Positions 35,784-49,799 of a stretch of DNA of 64,000 bases are shown piece by piece (position 1 is the stretch's first letter; every line of letters begins with the position of its first letter). The translations under genes and the position numbers were made by a program. The notes under the pieces were generated by a model that was not told the DNA's origin, searched no databases, and was given only the letters and a program-made list of their open reading frames with translations. The DNA is from Prorocentrum cordatum (lineage: Eukaryota): contig CAUYUJ010000001.1 in assembly GCA_963575745.1 (NCBI GenBank), forward strand, positions 186,001 through 250,000, in the 5' to 3' direction.

Positions 35784-37764
35784 CGAGAGCCAAAACACGG
35801 GCCTGGGGAGGGTACCTGGGAGGGACGGGCCCGAGAGGAAAAAATTGAGTCCCAAAAGGGCCGCGGAGACAGAAGAGGACGGAGAGGGGAGAGACGAGAG
35901 GCCCTCCCCCTCCCCAGGCACCCTCACTAAAACCTTACGTTCTACGCTGCGCGCAGAATCCCACGGTTGACTGGGGTCCTGCTTGGAAAACCGCCACGCG
36001 GAATCAAAATGCCGCAAACAGCGAGTGGCACAGGGCGACACGCGGTAGTCTTCACGACCGCGCGCCCCGAACCCGGGAACAGCAAGTTGTTTAGGGTAAA
36101 CACTGTTGTGCATTACGGGTTCGCGCTTGCGCCTCCATGTGCCATATTCCAAATATGATATTACCCGGTACGTGCAGCACTGAAGACACCTGGTTTTGAC
36201 AGAATTGGCAACTGAATTGAGGAATGATGGCGATTGGTTGGTTGCACCAAAATTGGTGGGAGTTCACGGTGCGCAAAGTGCCCATCAACAGTTGGGACTG
36301 CAGGGAATACAGCAACAGCCAGGAGTGTTTCCACAACAACAGCTAAGATTATTTCGAGGGTGCTGGGGATATCTCAGGGAGCACAACAAGTGGGAATGGT
36401 TCAGGGCGCGACGGTCCCAGGAGCATTTCCATGATTTCGGGTACGGGGGCCACTTGATTCTTCAGGCTTACGCCACATCCGCCGACCCCTTTGAATTTTT
36501 CAGGGGCCCGGGCTTGTCGGCCAGATCACGATGTGGCGTTAAAGCCACCGGAGGCGGACTGCGTCCTGGGCAAAAGAGGCTTCATTGCTGGATGGGGGTT
36601 GGGGGTTGGGGAGGCGGTTAGGGCGATGAGCTTTCTCGCGCGCCGAATGATCCACAAGGAGTCGGCGAGGTGACGCTTCCAAGTAGAGGAGAGAGGCAGG
36701 ACGAAGGGCGAGGCGAGAGGCACGAAGGTCAGATGGGCAGTCCTCTGTCTGAAAGGTGGTTATGCAGGCCTTGTTGTCGATGGGTTTGGCGTCTTTGTGG
36801 GCATTGGTGTTTGTCTTCCTCGTCCTCTTCGTCGGCTCCACGTGTTCGCCCGAAGGCCTTACACCTCAATTGGGAGCTTGTTTCGTGACCCTAGGCCCCT
36901 CGCTGCGGCCCCATGCCATGGGATCACTGTCGGAAATTAGGTTGGGCTCGCGGGCCCCCTGCAGCATGCGCCGCTTGGCTTTCGTTTGCAGGCGCGAGAG
37001 GGGCTGGCTACCAGCGCTGCTTGCGGCGGCGACGATGGCGACGCGCTCGCCGCGGCCGGCTGACGCTCGAAGCATTCCGCGCCCTCACCCCCCTCGGCGC
37101 CACCGGCGGGCCTCCAGGGCCGCCGCGCGCCGGTTTTTTTCCAAAACGGCGCGGTGACAACGCCGCGGGCGCGGCGACGACGACAGCGGCAAGGCGCTAG
37201 CGGCGGTGGCGACGGTTCAGCGGAAGGGGGAGGAGAGAAGACTTCTTCGTCGCCACGGCTGGACACAGCGTGAAAAACTGTCGCGCTAGGCCCCCGGGAG
37301 GTGTTTTGGGGGCCGATATGCGTCAGATTTCGCGGCCAATCGCGGCGGCGGCGGCCGCGGGGACAGCAGCGGCGACCGCGTTTAAGATCGCGCTGCCCGG
37401 ACGGCGGCGGCGACAACAACGAGGGGGCGGCGGCGGCGCTGATGGCGTCGCCGGCGGACGCGTCGGCGACAGCGTCGAAGCGCCCGCCGCGGCCGCGTCA
37501 AGTGAACACTCTGGGGTGAGTCGATGGGGTTTCTCGGGTTCGCTCAGGTTTGTTGCGACCGGTTTGCGCGATTTCTCGACGCATCGATCCCCCCGCAGGT
37601 CGATCTCCCACGTCTCTGATGCCCGGACCCTTCAACGCCTCGGGCGGCTGACGAAGTTAATCCTAATCTCCGGGGCTCGACGCGCGAAGTAATTTTGGCG
37701 GCCCTCAGCGACGCTCAGGAGGGAGGTCGCCGCGTCTCCCGCGCGTTGCTCGGCTAACGATCTG

Positions 37765-40700
37765 TTGTCGCCTTACGGGCCGAAGAGCATGTACGACGAC
37801 GGGGTGACTGCGATGGAGATGATATGTTGCAGTCCGCGCATCACTGCTATGATCTGCTTTTCGTTGGAAGTGAAGTACCAAAACCTGTTCGACTTCGTCG
37901 CTGGAATGCAGGAGACGCGGGTCGCGGCGCGGGGGAATGCAACCTCGTTCGCTCTCCCATGGCAGGGGATCCTGTCAGGGGATCCTGTCAGGGCTTCGGA
38001 GAAGTGTCGCGTCGGGGGAGCGCACGGTCGGCGCGCCTGCCCCGCGCGTCGGCGACGACCCCCCCCCTGCGGTTCAAATTTTGCGAAAGGTGAGCGACGC
38101 GACGTCGAAGGGCGACTCGCCGAAATTCATCCATCAGGCCACTGCACGGCGGGACGCGGTTAAGCACCACATCAAGAAGACGATAGCTCGCGGGCACAGG
38201 GCGCACATGGACGTGGACGTTGCAGCAGTGGGTGCACGCGCCGAGCAGCTGCCAGTAGATGGCGCACCCCCCGAGCTAGTGCAGTTGTTGCCGTATGACA
38301 CTCATTTGGATAAGACCACGGCGCGAAAGAACACGACCCCGTCGGATGCGAAGCAGGCGACGGTGAAGGTCGCCTGCGAAGACACGGGCCGGAGGATCCC
38401 GAACATGGCGGCAATGGAGAAGTCAAGGCTAAACGAAGTGGATGAAAACGCGATGAAGGAATCTACTTTGCAGTACACGACGCGCAGGCTGAATGCAGGA
38501 GACAGGGCGGCTTGCGGCGGCGGGGGCGCGGCCCGAAGAGCCGAGGGGCGTGCAGTTCGCGTTCGAAGCATGGCGGGGCCATTCCATCGCGTTGGCTGCA
38601 CACGCGCTCAGCGCCCAGGACAATGGTCGCGCGCGGTGAACCTGCAAAGTGGCGCCAGTTATAGCGGGGATCGGAGAAGCGTCGCAGCGGCGCAACCTGG
38701 TGCTGATGCACGTTGACGGACGGGGGATGTGGATGGGATAGATGCGGTTGCGGCTCGCTGTGTCTCTTGGCACGGCCATGATGAGTCAGTTGGCGCCGTG
38801 GTTATTCGGCGTCGCGTTTCCTTTCTGCTTCGCGTTTGGGACAGGCACGCCAGATATGCCGGAATGGTCGGAAGTGAGCCGGCACCGGCGTGGCCCAGAT
38901 GCACCCCGCGTGGAACTCCCGTCGTGGACCTGCGCCATGACGCGGCGGTTTAAATCTCAATTCCGGCGCGACGGGCGGTTCGGTTTCACGATGTCTTCAT
39001 TGTTTTACCAGAGCGCATTGAACGCATCCAGGAGCATGCGGTTGTTTGCGGACCATGAGCAGGTGGAGGACGAGTCGGGCCGCGACTCTCCGCGCATGGA
39101 AAAGGCAGCTGTTAGCATAGTAGAAGCTCTTCGAGGAACGTGCTCAGAGCCAGGCGCCGGGCAGCGGCGCGCGGTGAATGGAGACGCGTCGAAGTTGAAA
39201 TGCGCCGCATCACTGTCGGACACCACGCAGAGGATGGCGCGACAAGCACAGGCCATTAATAAGAAGTTCGCGGGAACAAACGAGGCACGCACCATAATGC
39301 AGCACGATACTCGCGCAGCTCGGGCGCCCCAGGGCGCCCCAATATGTTTTACAATGTCGCCAGATGAGAGGCGTGACCTCCTGATGGCACGACTCAGCAG
39401 GTCTCGCCGAGAGGACCCCGTCAACAGACGTCATATGCAGGAGGAGCGACGGCCGTCCAACGGCGGGTTGTTCGAGCCAGATTTCACAAACGCGTGCGGC
39501 GTGCAATCCGAGGAGGAAGAGGTCGGGAACATCGCTGACGATGTGAAAACGGCGATGCCCGTGAATGCGGTTGGTCAAAACGTAGCAGCGGCAAGGATGC
39601 GTTTGGAGTGTTTGGCGCGTGACCCTCTGGCTAGCGTCGACGGCTTTCGCACCATCGCAGGATTGGTGCTGGAGCACCTGTTCGGGGTCCGATGGCGCCC
39701 GCGGTGTCCTGACTGCGATTGCGCGGATCTGTCAGGTAGCAACGCAAAGCTGGTCGGCGGATGCGCGGGGCGAGTGGGCGGTGTATACGGACACATAGAA
39801 GCTCAGAAATCCGCGGGAAGATTGCACCTGCATGCGCAGTTGTTTGTCGAGTGTCCCCACAAACACACGCCACTGCACGAGATTATTCACCATCCCCCAG
39901 ACGAGTTCAAGCGTCTGGTAGATGGGCACGCAGCGGTCAAAAGGCTTGTCTCGCGGCAAGTGCACGCAGACGTGGCGGGAAGGCACAGGCAGAAGAGCAC
40001 ATAGAAGAGGAGTGGCCTGCCTACCAAGGCACGGCAGAGCTCACGCAGGCAGAACAGCATCTGAGGCAGTCCGACGCGGCGGCGCGGCGAACGCAAGGAG
40101 GAGCTCCTGAGTTTGCCCAGGAGTCTGCGGACGGTGGCGCGTCGAAGCGGCGGGTGCGAAAGCATTTGTCGCGCGTGCAACGGGGCCAGGGCTACCGTCA
40201 GGAACACGTGCACAAGCGGAGCCGCCGGCACTCTAAATTTGCGCCCCTGCTCCACTGTCAACGGGATGACGACCCGCTGAACTGCGAGAGTTTTTTCCCT
40301 CGGGCGACATGGTGGAGAAAACCGTTCTCCTGTGCCCAGGATTCCTCGGGACCCGCCCCATGCCGCGCGCGGGGCGGAGAGATATGACTGGCTGCCTGCA
40401 CGGGCCACGGAACGAAGAGAATCTGAACGGGGCGTTGCCTGCGCTGTTAAGCGGCGGCCTAGGATTGAACTTCATCTCGGATGTGCAACTCCCGCACCGG
40501 TTCCCAATTTTGGAACAGACGCATAACGGGGATGCCTGCGCTGAGAGGCGCTGGGACGGGGCGGAGGTATAAGATATCGTGCTCGCGGCGGAGCGCGCGC
40601 AGAACGCGCAGGCAGGGCACGCGCGCGACTAAGGGGCGAAGCGCATGGCGTCGTCATTCAACGAGGTGAAAGAGTGTGAGAAAGGTCATCATGCGCTAGC

Positions 40701-42900
40701 GGAGAAAGTACAAGGGCGCAGCGCCTCGCACGCGGCGCACCGTCACATCACCGCACCGTACGTGGCGCACAGCCACATCACCGCCACATCACAGCGCGTC
40801 GTCGACATGCGTCCCGAGGGAGAAGACGCTGGAAGGAAGCGCGACGATGACTTGTTCAGCGACGAGGAAGTGGACGTGGACGAACTCGACGAAGAGGTCC
40901 GGCGGCGCGGGCACGTTGGGGGCACGCGCCCAGAGGACGACAAAAGGGAAACGACAGCCGCTGCCGCAGAGGCGCGTCGGCTGAGCGCAGGAGACACGTC
41001 ACTGTCGACTCGCACGGGGCCGAGAGGTTGGCGGAGAAGGAGGGGGCGCAAGAGGGGCGCGGGCTAGATCAGACGGACGCGCACAGGTGCCAGAGGCAGA
41101 GCTGAAGCGACGGGAAGCAGAAGCTAGGGCATCTCAGACGAAGACGACTGGGAACGCGTTGGAGGGTTGCGACAGGGTGAAGGAGCGCGTCACAGAGGTC
41201 GTCGCTGGCGGCGTGGAGGAGTTGAAGCGGTGGAAAGCACGCCCGCGCGGACCGCTCAACGAGCGCGTCGTTGAGATGAATGAGAAGCAGCGAGAGGTCG
41301 CCGAGAAGGTCGTCGACAGGATGATCGCGGAGTGTCAGGAAAGCGACGGCGCAAGCGGCAGTTCAGAGCCGCTGTTGTGGATGCTGCACGGAGGCCCGGG
41401 CACAGGGAAGAGCTTCGTGGTGGACGCATTACGGAAGCACGTTTTCGAAGGCGCGATGGGCTGGGAACACGGTCTGGACTTCCAAGTGGCTGCGTTACAC
41501 GCCACGAACGCGCCCAGTCTGGATGGGCACACGTTGCACGCTGAGTTTGGGGTGACTCCGCACGGCGGAAGTCTGGGCGCCAGTAAAAGGCGCGGAGAGC
41601 CGGACAGCGCAAGGGCGAGCGCTCGACGCTGTAATAGCTGACTTGGAGGAAGGGAGGAACGTCAGCAGAATGTCGATCTACGCGGCCATAACACGCGTAA
41701 GGACTCTCCGCGACCTCCTCATCTATCGGCCATTTTCGAGACAGCCGCACACGCAAGGAGGCTTGGAAGGAACGAAGCTGTCGTTGCAGAAGTTGCGCGG
41801 GGGAAAGTTGCCGCGGCCCGAAATTGAGGAAGGCTGGCCCCGCGGAAGACATGCGGGAAATTCTTGAAGGTGAAAGAAACAGCTGAATACACGACGAATG
41901 AGTTCGGCGCGAAGTCGGGCCCGAGCTTCTGCTGCGAGCGCACGGAGATGTTGACGGGGGCAGGCGGGAAGCGGTGCACGACTTGCGCGCAATGGGCGGA
42001 GATGGCGCCCAGAATCTCGAGAGCCGAGTCCAACAGGAGTAGAGTGTTCGCGCGGACCAGCAAATGCAACCGGCGCGCAGGGCCAGCACCCCAGAGGAAG
42101 TCGCGGGAAGAGTCGCAAGGGTGGCAGAAGAACGCGCAAGAGATGCAAGGTGCGCTGCGCAGAATGCCAGGCATTTCTGAAGACGGAGGCAGAAACTGCG
42201 GCGAACCAGTTCGCGACGAAGGGCACGGGAGAGAAGCTCTGCAAGAAGTGCGCGGGGCAGAGAAAAGGCGGGCGGAACGAGTGGAGCAAGTCGCAGAAGG
42301 AGGGGGAGCACGTGAACGAGTCGAACGCTGCGCGACATTTGGGACGCCAACAACGGCCGTTGAGGTGTTCGGCGTGTCCAACACAAGCAGATAGAAGAGG
42401 GTGGACATTCGCGGACGTGGGCCATCTGACACGGATACAAATCGATAAGTACAACAAGACGGGCGCAGGCCATAGGCAAGTGATTACCGCGCGCGCCACG
42501 ACAAGCGGCAGCAATCGCGAGTGCCCAGGCGCCCCGCGCGCCCGACAGAAGCAGATGGGAGAGGGCGAGAGTTCGCGGACAGGACGCACCTGACGCAGAA
42601 GCAAGTGGAGCACTTCTTCGAAACGGGTTCGAACCATCGCCCGGCGGTGCGCGGAGCGTGCCACGCAAAACGCAGAGAGTCTAGTCAGTTTGAATGCTCC
42701 GCGCGCCCCCCGAAACAGGACGGCTCGAAGCCCGCGTTCACCGACGGGGGCCATCTGTCGAAAGACGAGGGGGGGAATTTCTTCATGCGACGCAATCCTG
42801 CGGTTTGCGCGAAATGCTATAGGCGGGGCGGGCGCCGAGGAGAGATCCGCCGAAACGGCCTGCGGAGGCAAGCGACGAGCACGGCGGCAAGCAACGGAAG
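37765..42900 (+). mobile_element. decayed Helitron-like Rep-helicase element
   Basis: ICFTMSPD (Rep motif 1), ARDP, YGHIEAQKSAGRLHLH (HUH motif 2, ~39780-39840), LHGGPGTGKS (Pif1 Walker A, ~41385-41415), IYAAITRVRT (helicase motif VI-like, ~41680). Multiple frameshifts. Confidence 0.85.
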
Positions 42901-43074
42901 TTGCGAGGCATCTGGCGGCCAGGGGCAGGATGGCTAGGGGCAGGTGGAGGGATGAGGAGGGGATCGGGGGATGACAGGGCGGGGGGTGGGGGGGTATGCA
43001 GGGAGAAGGGGAACGGGAGGGGAAGGATAACGAGGAGGAGGGGAGGCGGAGGGAGGAGGAAAAAGAGGAGGAGG

Positions 43075-45330
43075 GAGAGGAACTGGAAAGCACGAGCTAC
43101 TTACACGCAACATACGACGCCACCGTGCGCGGTGGGGGTCTGAGGCTCGTGCGTCGTTTGCTGGGATCACTTGGGATGCTTTTCGCAGGGCTCGCGGGGG
43201 TAGCGCCGAAACTTCATTAGGGCCTTTTTTTGAGCCGCATGGAAGTTTTTGGGGGGGTCCCCGGGGAAGGGGGGGAAGGTTGGGGGGGGGGGCTCCTGGA
43301 ACTTTTTGGGCGCCCCGGTGGGTGACCCGAGGGCCTGTGAGAGCGGAGGGCTCGTGTTTTCGATGCGGGCACCTCGGTTGGGGAACCTCTTGGAGCCGTC
43401 TTGGGACACTGTTGGGCCGTCTCGGGGGCCTCCGGAGGCATGTTGGCGTCGTCGCGAGCCGTCTTGAACGCCTGTTCACCCTTTCGGGACGTCGTTGGGT
43501 GGACTCGAGGCCCTCTCGGAATGGCTGGACCTCCGTGCAGGCTGGAAAGTCGCCCACGCATAAAATGTACGTTATCCCATAGAAAATCAATAATTGCGGT
43601 TGCTTCGGACTTTCGTGGGGGGGGGGATGGAAGGCGGGGGAGAGAGGACTCTAGAGGATGAGAAGGCGCAAGAGGGAACGGGGGGGGAAGGAGAACGAGG
43701 AGGAGGAGGCGGGGGAGGACGAGGAGAAGGAGGAGGAGTGAGAGGAACTGGAAAACACGAGCTACTTACAGGCAACATGTGACGCCACCGTGCGCGGGTC
43801 GGGGGTCTGATGGCTGCGTCGCTTGCTGGGATCACCTGGGGTGCTTTTCGCAGGGATCGTGAAGAGGTAGTGTCGAAGTTTCATCCAGGCTTTTTTGGGA
43901 CCTGTTGTGGGGACTGTTTTTGGAGGGTTCCCGGAAAAGGGGGGGAGAGTTGGGGGGGGCCTCTTGGAACTTTTTGGGCGCCCCGGTGGGTGACCCGAGG
44001 GCCTGTGAGAGCGGAGGGCTCGTGTTTTCGGTGCGGCACCACGGTTGGGGAACCTCGTGGAGCCGTCTTGGGACACTGTTGGGCCGTCTCGGGGGCCTCC
44101 GGAGGCATGTTGGCGCCATTGTGAGCCGTCTTGAGCGCCTGTTCGTACCCTACGGTTGGGGAAACTCTTGGAGCCGTTTTGGGACATTGTTGGGCCGTCT
44201 CGGGAGCCTCCGGAGGCAGGTTGGCGCCGTCGCGAGCCGTCGTGAGCGCCTGTTCGTACCCTTTCGGGACGTCATTGGGTGGCCTTGAGGCCCTCTTTGA
44301 ATGGCTGGACCTCCGCGCAGGCTGGAAAGTATGCTTAAAAATGTACGTTTACCAATGGAAAATCAATAGTTGTGGCTGCTTCGGACCTTCGCGGGGGGGG
44401 GGGAGGGAGGAGAGAGAAGAAGGGAGAGGATGAGAGGATGCAAGAGGGAACGGGAGGGGGAAGGAGAGCGAGGAGGAGGAGGAGGCGGAGGAGGAGGAGG
44501 AGAAGGAGAAGGAGGAGGAGGGAGAGGAACTGGAAAGCACGAGCTACTTACAGGCAACATGTGACGCCACCGTGCGCGGGTTGGGGGTCTGAGGCTCGTG
44601 CGTCGTTTGCTGGGATCACCTGGGATGTTTTTCGCAGGGCTCGTGGAGGTAGTGTCGAAGTTTCATTAGGGCCTTTTTGGGACCTTTTGTGGGGATTCTT
44701 TTGAGCCGCACAGAAGTTTTTTGGGGAGGGCCACCGGGGAAGGGGGGGAGAGTTGGGGGGGGGCCTCTTGGATTTTATTGGGCGCCCCGGTGGGTGACCC
44801 GAGGGCCTGTGAGAGCGGAGGGCTCACCACGGTTGGGGAACCTCTTGGAGCCGTCTTGGGACATTGTTGGGCCGTCTCGGGGGCCTCCGGAGGCAGGTTG
44901 GCGCCGTTGTGAGCCGTCTTGAGCGCCTGTTCGTACCCTTTCGGGGCGTCATTGGGTGGCCTTGAGGCCCTCTTGGAATGGCTGAACCCCGTGCAGGTTG
45001 GAAAGTCGCCCATGCTCAAAAATGTATGTTTTCCCATGGAAAATGGCTTCTTCGGGCCTTCGTGGGGAGCCCCTTGGAGGCCTTTTGAAGCATCTTGGAG
45101 GCATCGCGGGCTGTCTTGAGCCCACATTGGGGGATGTCGGGGTCACTGGAGGCCTCATGGAGGTCCGTTTGGAGCCGTCTTGGGACACTGTGGGGCCGTC
45201 TCGGGATCCTCTGGGGTCTTCTTTTTGCCGTTGTGGGCTGTTTTGGGCGCCTTGTCGGACCTTTTGGGATGCAGGGGGTGGCCTGGAGAGCCTCTTGGAC
45301 TGTGTGGACCTCCGTGCAGGCTGAAAAGTC
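43075..45330 (+). repeat. tandem triplication of a ~670-800-bp unit
   Basis: Unit starts GAGAGGAACTGGAAA.CACGAGCTACTTACA at ~43075, 43740 and 44522, separated by GA-rich linkers. Confidence 0.9.
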
Positions 45331-45589
45331 GTGGACGCAGCCTCACACATCAAATATTTACATCATCGAACCGAAACAGCCATACGCCATAAGCGCGCGG
45401 GCAAGGAAAATTAGAGCGACATGCCAAACGCGCGCCAACGTGGCCTGGACGCGCCAAATGCGTGCTGAGCGGAGGGAGAGAAGAGGAAGGAAAATGATGA
45501 ACCAACAATTACACGCGGATGTTTTTGTGTCTTGCCAAGATGCACAAGCCATGCAAATATCATAGGTACTTGTCTTTTGCGCATTCAAT

Positions 45590-46600
45590 TGGCTTGGAAA
45601 TTGTGATTGCTATCAGAACTGGGGAAACAATAAGAAAGAAGTGATAACAATTGTGTTGCCCATTCTCTTTTTAATCTCCCCCGCGCACGTTTTGCAAAAG
45701 AGCGTAACCGGCTTGCGGTCTGCAAGTTGAGACGTTGCGGCACGTACCGGATGAGAATGAGGGTTCCGGCCAAAATGTTCCCGAATAGCTGAAGTTGTTG
45801 TTGCAATCGTTGCGATGTGTAAGGCAATGTGGTTTCTTTCCAAAACGATTTGGGAAATTCATTATTTTCTTAACATTTTCTTGGAAGGTGTCCAATCGTC
45901 GTTCTTCGGTTTTGTTGAACCAATCCGATGTAAAGAAATACAAGAATTTGGTTTTGTTCGATTCCGCGTAAAAAGTACCCAATTTTGTAGATTGCAGTTG
46001 CAAGGTATGATAACTTATCTTTTGCATATATGTTTCCCGTGGAGGATCAAAAATATTACATTTGTATATGATACGTCTTGAAATTATCGAGCTAAGGTCT
46101 GTGATAATAACATGCGGAACGCATTACCCAAACAGGCGCCTCTCAAACATTGAAGGTCTCTTGCTCGGGTTGTTTCCACCGTTTCGAGACCTTGTCGTTT
46201 GCATAATTGGAAGCCTATATGTAGCAGAATTTGTTTTCTACCCTTCCCTTTCCTCCCTCCTTGGTTTCCCACCCCGCTTTCCCCATGTCGCTGGGCAAAC
46301 GTTTTCTATTGTTTCCAGCTAGTTATGTATTGAGACTTCGGGGTTAAATTCTATGCGGTTTTGCCGTTTTGTTCGCCGTGTTAATTTTCGTACGGAGCAA
46401 ATTGGAAATGGAAATGTATTGGGGCAAATTTCCAATGAAATAACAATATGAACATACTTATTTTATTTTATCTAGCCGTACCGGAATAGACTTTGCAATA
46501 TATTGTTCGTGTTTTCGATTGATGTAGGGGTTTTCGATTCTATATTTCGGGCCCGCATAATGCCTTTCGATAGTAATTATCTGTCAAAATCGAGCCCGTA
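45590..46600 (-). mobile_element. AT-rich decayed non-LTR (RTE-like) RT C-terminal remnant
   Basis: KFLY…WFNKTEERRLDTFQ and KRARGRLKREW resemble the RTE-type C-terminus. Heavily broken. Confidence 0.5.
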
Positions 46601-48277
46601 TCTCTAAAGAATTGATGCTAGATTGTCGTGATATGGTTGTGGACAAAGACAAAGACAATTCCGGAAAGAAGAGAGAGCACAAAATTGCATTGATGCTTGC
46701 ATTTTGCTATTTAGGCTTGCCTTTCGTACTTTTGGACATCCGTGTCAGGATCCCAGCAAATGCCGAGATCATCGTCTACCTAGACTTGTTTGTATGTTGG
46801 GCAGCGGAAGCACTACTAATTTGGTGATGGGTGTAGAGAAAATTATACATCGATATGAGGAAGGGCAATACCACGATCCATATGGAGACGAGCAACGCAA
46901 CGATGAGCAATATGATGAATCATACGACGACGAACATCGCGGCGATAGATAACATAATGGGCATTCCCACAATGAGGAATCATATTTTTGAGGGCATTCT
47001 GACGATGATGGATTCTGGAATGACTTTAATGATCCATGTGATGGGGGGGGCGCTCTGACGACAACAAACACTACAACGACTCCGGCACGATTCAGACCGA
47101 CACCAGTTCCGACTACACCACTTGCGGAAACAATTCCGACACTGTACCAGCAAAGGTGTGCGCAAGTGATTTTGCATAATATATTGGCATCGATTTGGTT
47201 CGATTACGCATGGTACAAAATATAAGGTCCATTTAATATTCGACGCCTGCGTAAACGGCCGTACACTGCATTAATGTTTGCAACGGCGATACGGTATGGT
47301 ATGTTTGACATATATTCAATACCACATACGGCTGTATCGCTTAACACCATTTGCTGGACGACGCATCGGAGAAACTTCAAACCCAAGTCCGCACGGGCTC
47401 GACTAAGCGCTGTAATGTTTGGGGCTTGGACCCGCAAACCAATTGGTACCTTATCGGGCACTGAAACCATCAAGACATTAACTACGACCGCCACCTCCCC
47501 CACCTCTCCACCGTAACTCTTTACCCATTTGTCCAAGCTATTAGAATGCCCGCCCCCAGCATCTCCGCCCCAGACCCGAGCGTCCTTGCGGGAGAGCCCC
47601 CCGGCGCTGAACCATTATCGCCAGGTAGAGGTAATAAGAGCCTCTTCCCAGGACCGCGCAAGCCCTAAAGGAACTTGATGATTTTTCTAAACCACCTCAG
47701 CCTTCAGGCGGGCTCCCAATACAATTCGGTCCTGCTCACACCTCCGCCCTTGAACTTGGAGCTTCCATGGGGCGATCCTTGGAGCGAATATATACCCGCC
47801 CTCCCTCCCTTGGACCTCCGCCTCCACGACGTAACGACCATTCCCCGCGCCCAGTGCTCTTTCATGAGCCTGTCATCCCAGACCGCCCGAGCTCCACGGA
47901 AGGATTTCCTGACGCGTTCCAACTTGGGCTCCCCTGGCCCGACGACTTGACGAGAATTGACGGGCCTTTACCCCAACACCCACACGACGCCCAAATCCAC
48001 GAACTGCCACTCTTACCACCAACTCTTCTTAGAGCATTAGGCCCGCCACATGATGCCCAACAAGACGAATCTTTGGCAGGCGGTGTTGGAGAGGTTCCAT
48101 CCCAAGTTGGGCGTGCTTTGAACGCAGTGGGTCTTGAACCTCCAAGACCTCCAACTCCGGTTACAGGTTGGCCTACGCCGTTTGGCAGTCTAAGATGTGA
48201 TACCGGCGTACACCAACCAAATGGTATATTACCTATACGACCACCCTTCGGGTGATAAGGAGGTCCGGGGGTCTCAT

Positions 48278-49340
48278 TTGATCGATCTCACAATTGATCG
48301 GACTATCGATCTCATAATCGATCTCACAACCGAACTCACATTCGGTCTCATTATCGATATCACTATCGATATCACAATCGAACTCACAATCAACGTCATC
48401 ATCGTCATCATCATCACTATCATCATCAACGCTATCATCATCATCGAGACACCGTTATCATCATCGTCATCATCAACGTCATTATCATCACCATCATCAT
48501 CATCATCATCATCATCGGGGCACCATCATCATCACCATCAATATCATCATCCCATCATCATCACCATCATCATCTTCATCATGATCAACATCATCATCAT
48601 GGGGACACAGTCAGTCATCATCATCAGCATCATCACCATCATCTTCATCATCGGGACACCATCATGATCACCATCGTTATCATCATCAACATCATAATCA
48701 ACATCATCATCATCACCATCATCATCGGGACACCATCAGCACCGTCATCACTTGATCACCATCATCATCGCCATCAGCATCATCATTATCATCACTATCA
48801 CGATCATCATCATCCTCATCGGGACACCATCCTCATCATTACCAACATTATCATCATGATCATCATCATCATCATCATTTTCATCATTATCATCATCGGG
48901 ACCACCATCATCATCATCAGCATTACCATCCTAATAATCATCATCATCATCATCATCATCAAGATCATCAACATCATAATCATCATCATCGGGACACCAT
49001 CATCATCAACATCCTAATCATCATCGTCATCTGGACATAATCATCATCAACATCATCATAATTATCATCATCATCATCATCGGGACACACCATCATCGTC
49101 ATCATCATCACCAACATGATCATCATGATCATCATCGTCCTCATCATCGGGACACCATCATCATCATCCTCATTGCCATCATCATGATCATCCACATTAT
49201 CATCATCATGATCATCATCATCATCATCATCTTGATCGGAATCATCATCATTATCATCTCATCATCATCATCATCATCATAATCATCATCACCATCATCA
49301 TTAACATTTGCATCATCATCATCGCCAACATCAACATCAA

Positions 49341-49372
<32 letters not shown>

Positions 49373-49420
49373 CAATCATCACCTTCATCATCACCATCAC
49401 TCATCACCATCATCGGGACA
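48278..49420. repeat. 12-mer ATCGATCTCACA array followed by (CAT)n punctuated with CGGGACACC
   Basis: About nine 12-mers at 48280-48390, then a ~1-kb CAT tract. Confidence 0.9.
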
Positions 49421-49799
49421 CGGGACACCGGCGGGACACCGGACCTCGCGGGGCCCCGGCCGCCCGGAAAGGAGTCATTTGGTCCAGCTGCGAATCACCC
49501 GCACGGGACATCAGAGGGACACCCGCGGGACACCGCGGGCCCCTGCCGCCTGGAAGGGAGACATTTGGTCCGGCCGCGCCTCAAATACAGGAGACTGTGT
49601 CTCGTCAGGAGGCAATATTGAATTGGATTTACTGTTGGTTTCTGGAGGTGCGTGATGTTGGGAAAATTTCACCATAATTCTTTTCCGGGAAAGTTACGGT
49701 GTACAAGCAGAATATTACTTCGGTTGATTAGAAAACGAAACATTCAATGCTCATCATCGATAGATACATCAATTCACGGCAAATTGCCACACGATTTCA

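Noticed and set aside
46600..48250. ORF1 of the CRE-like element or a host gene
   Set aside because: Coding-like but fragmented, with no diagnostic motif. Left uncalled.
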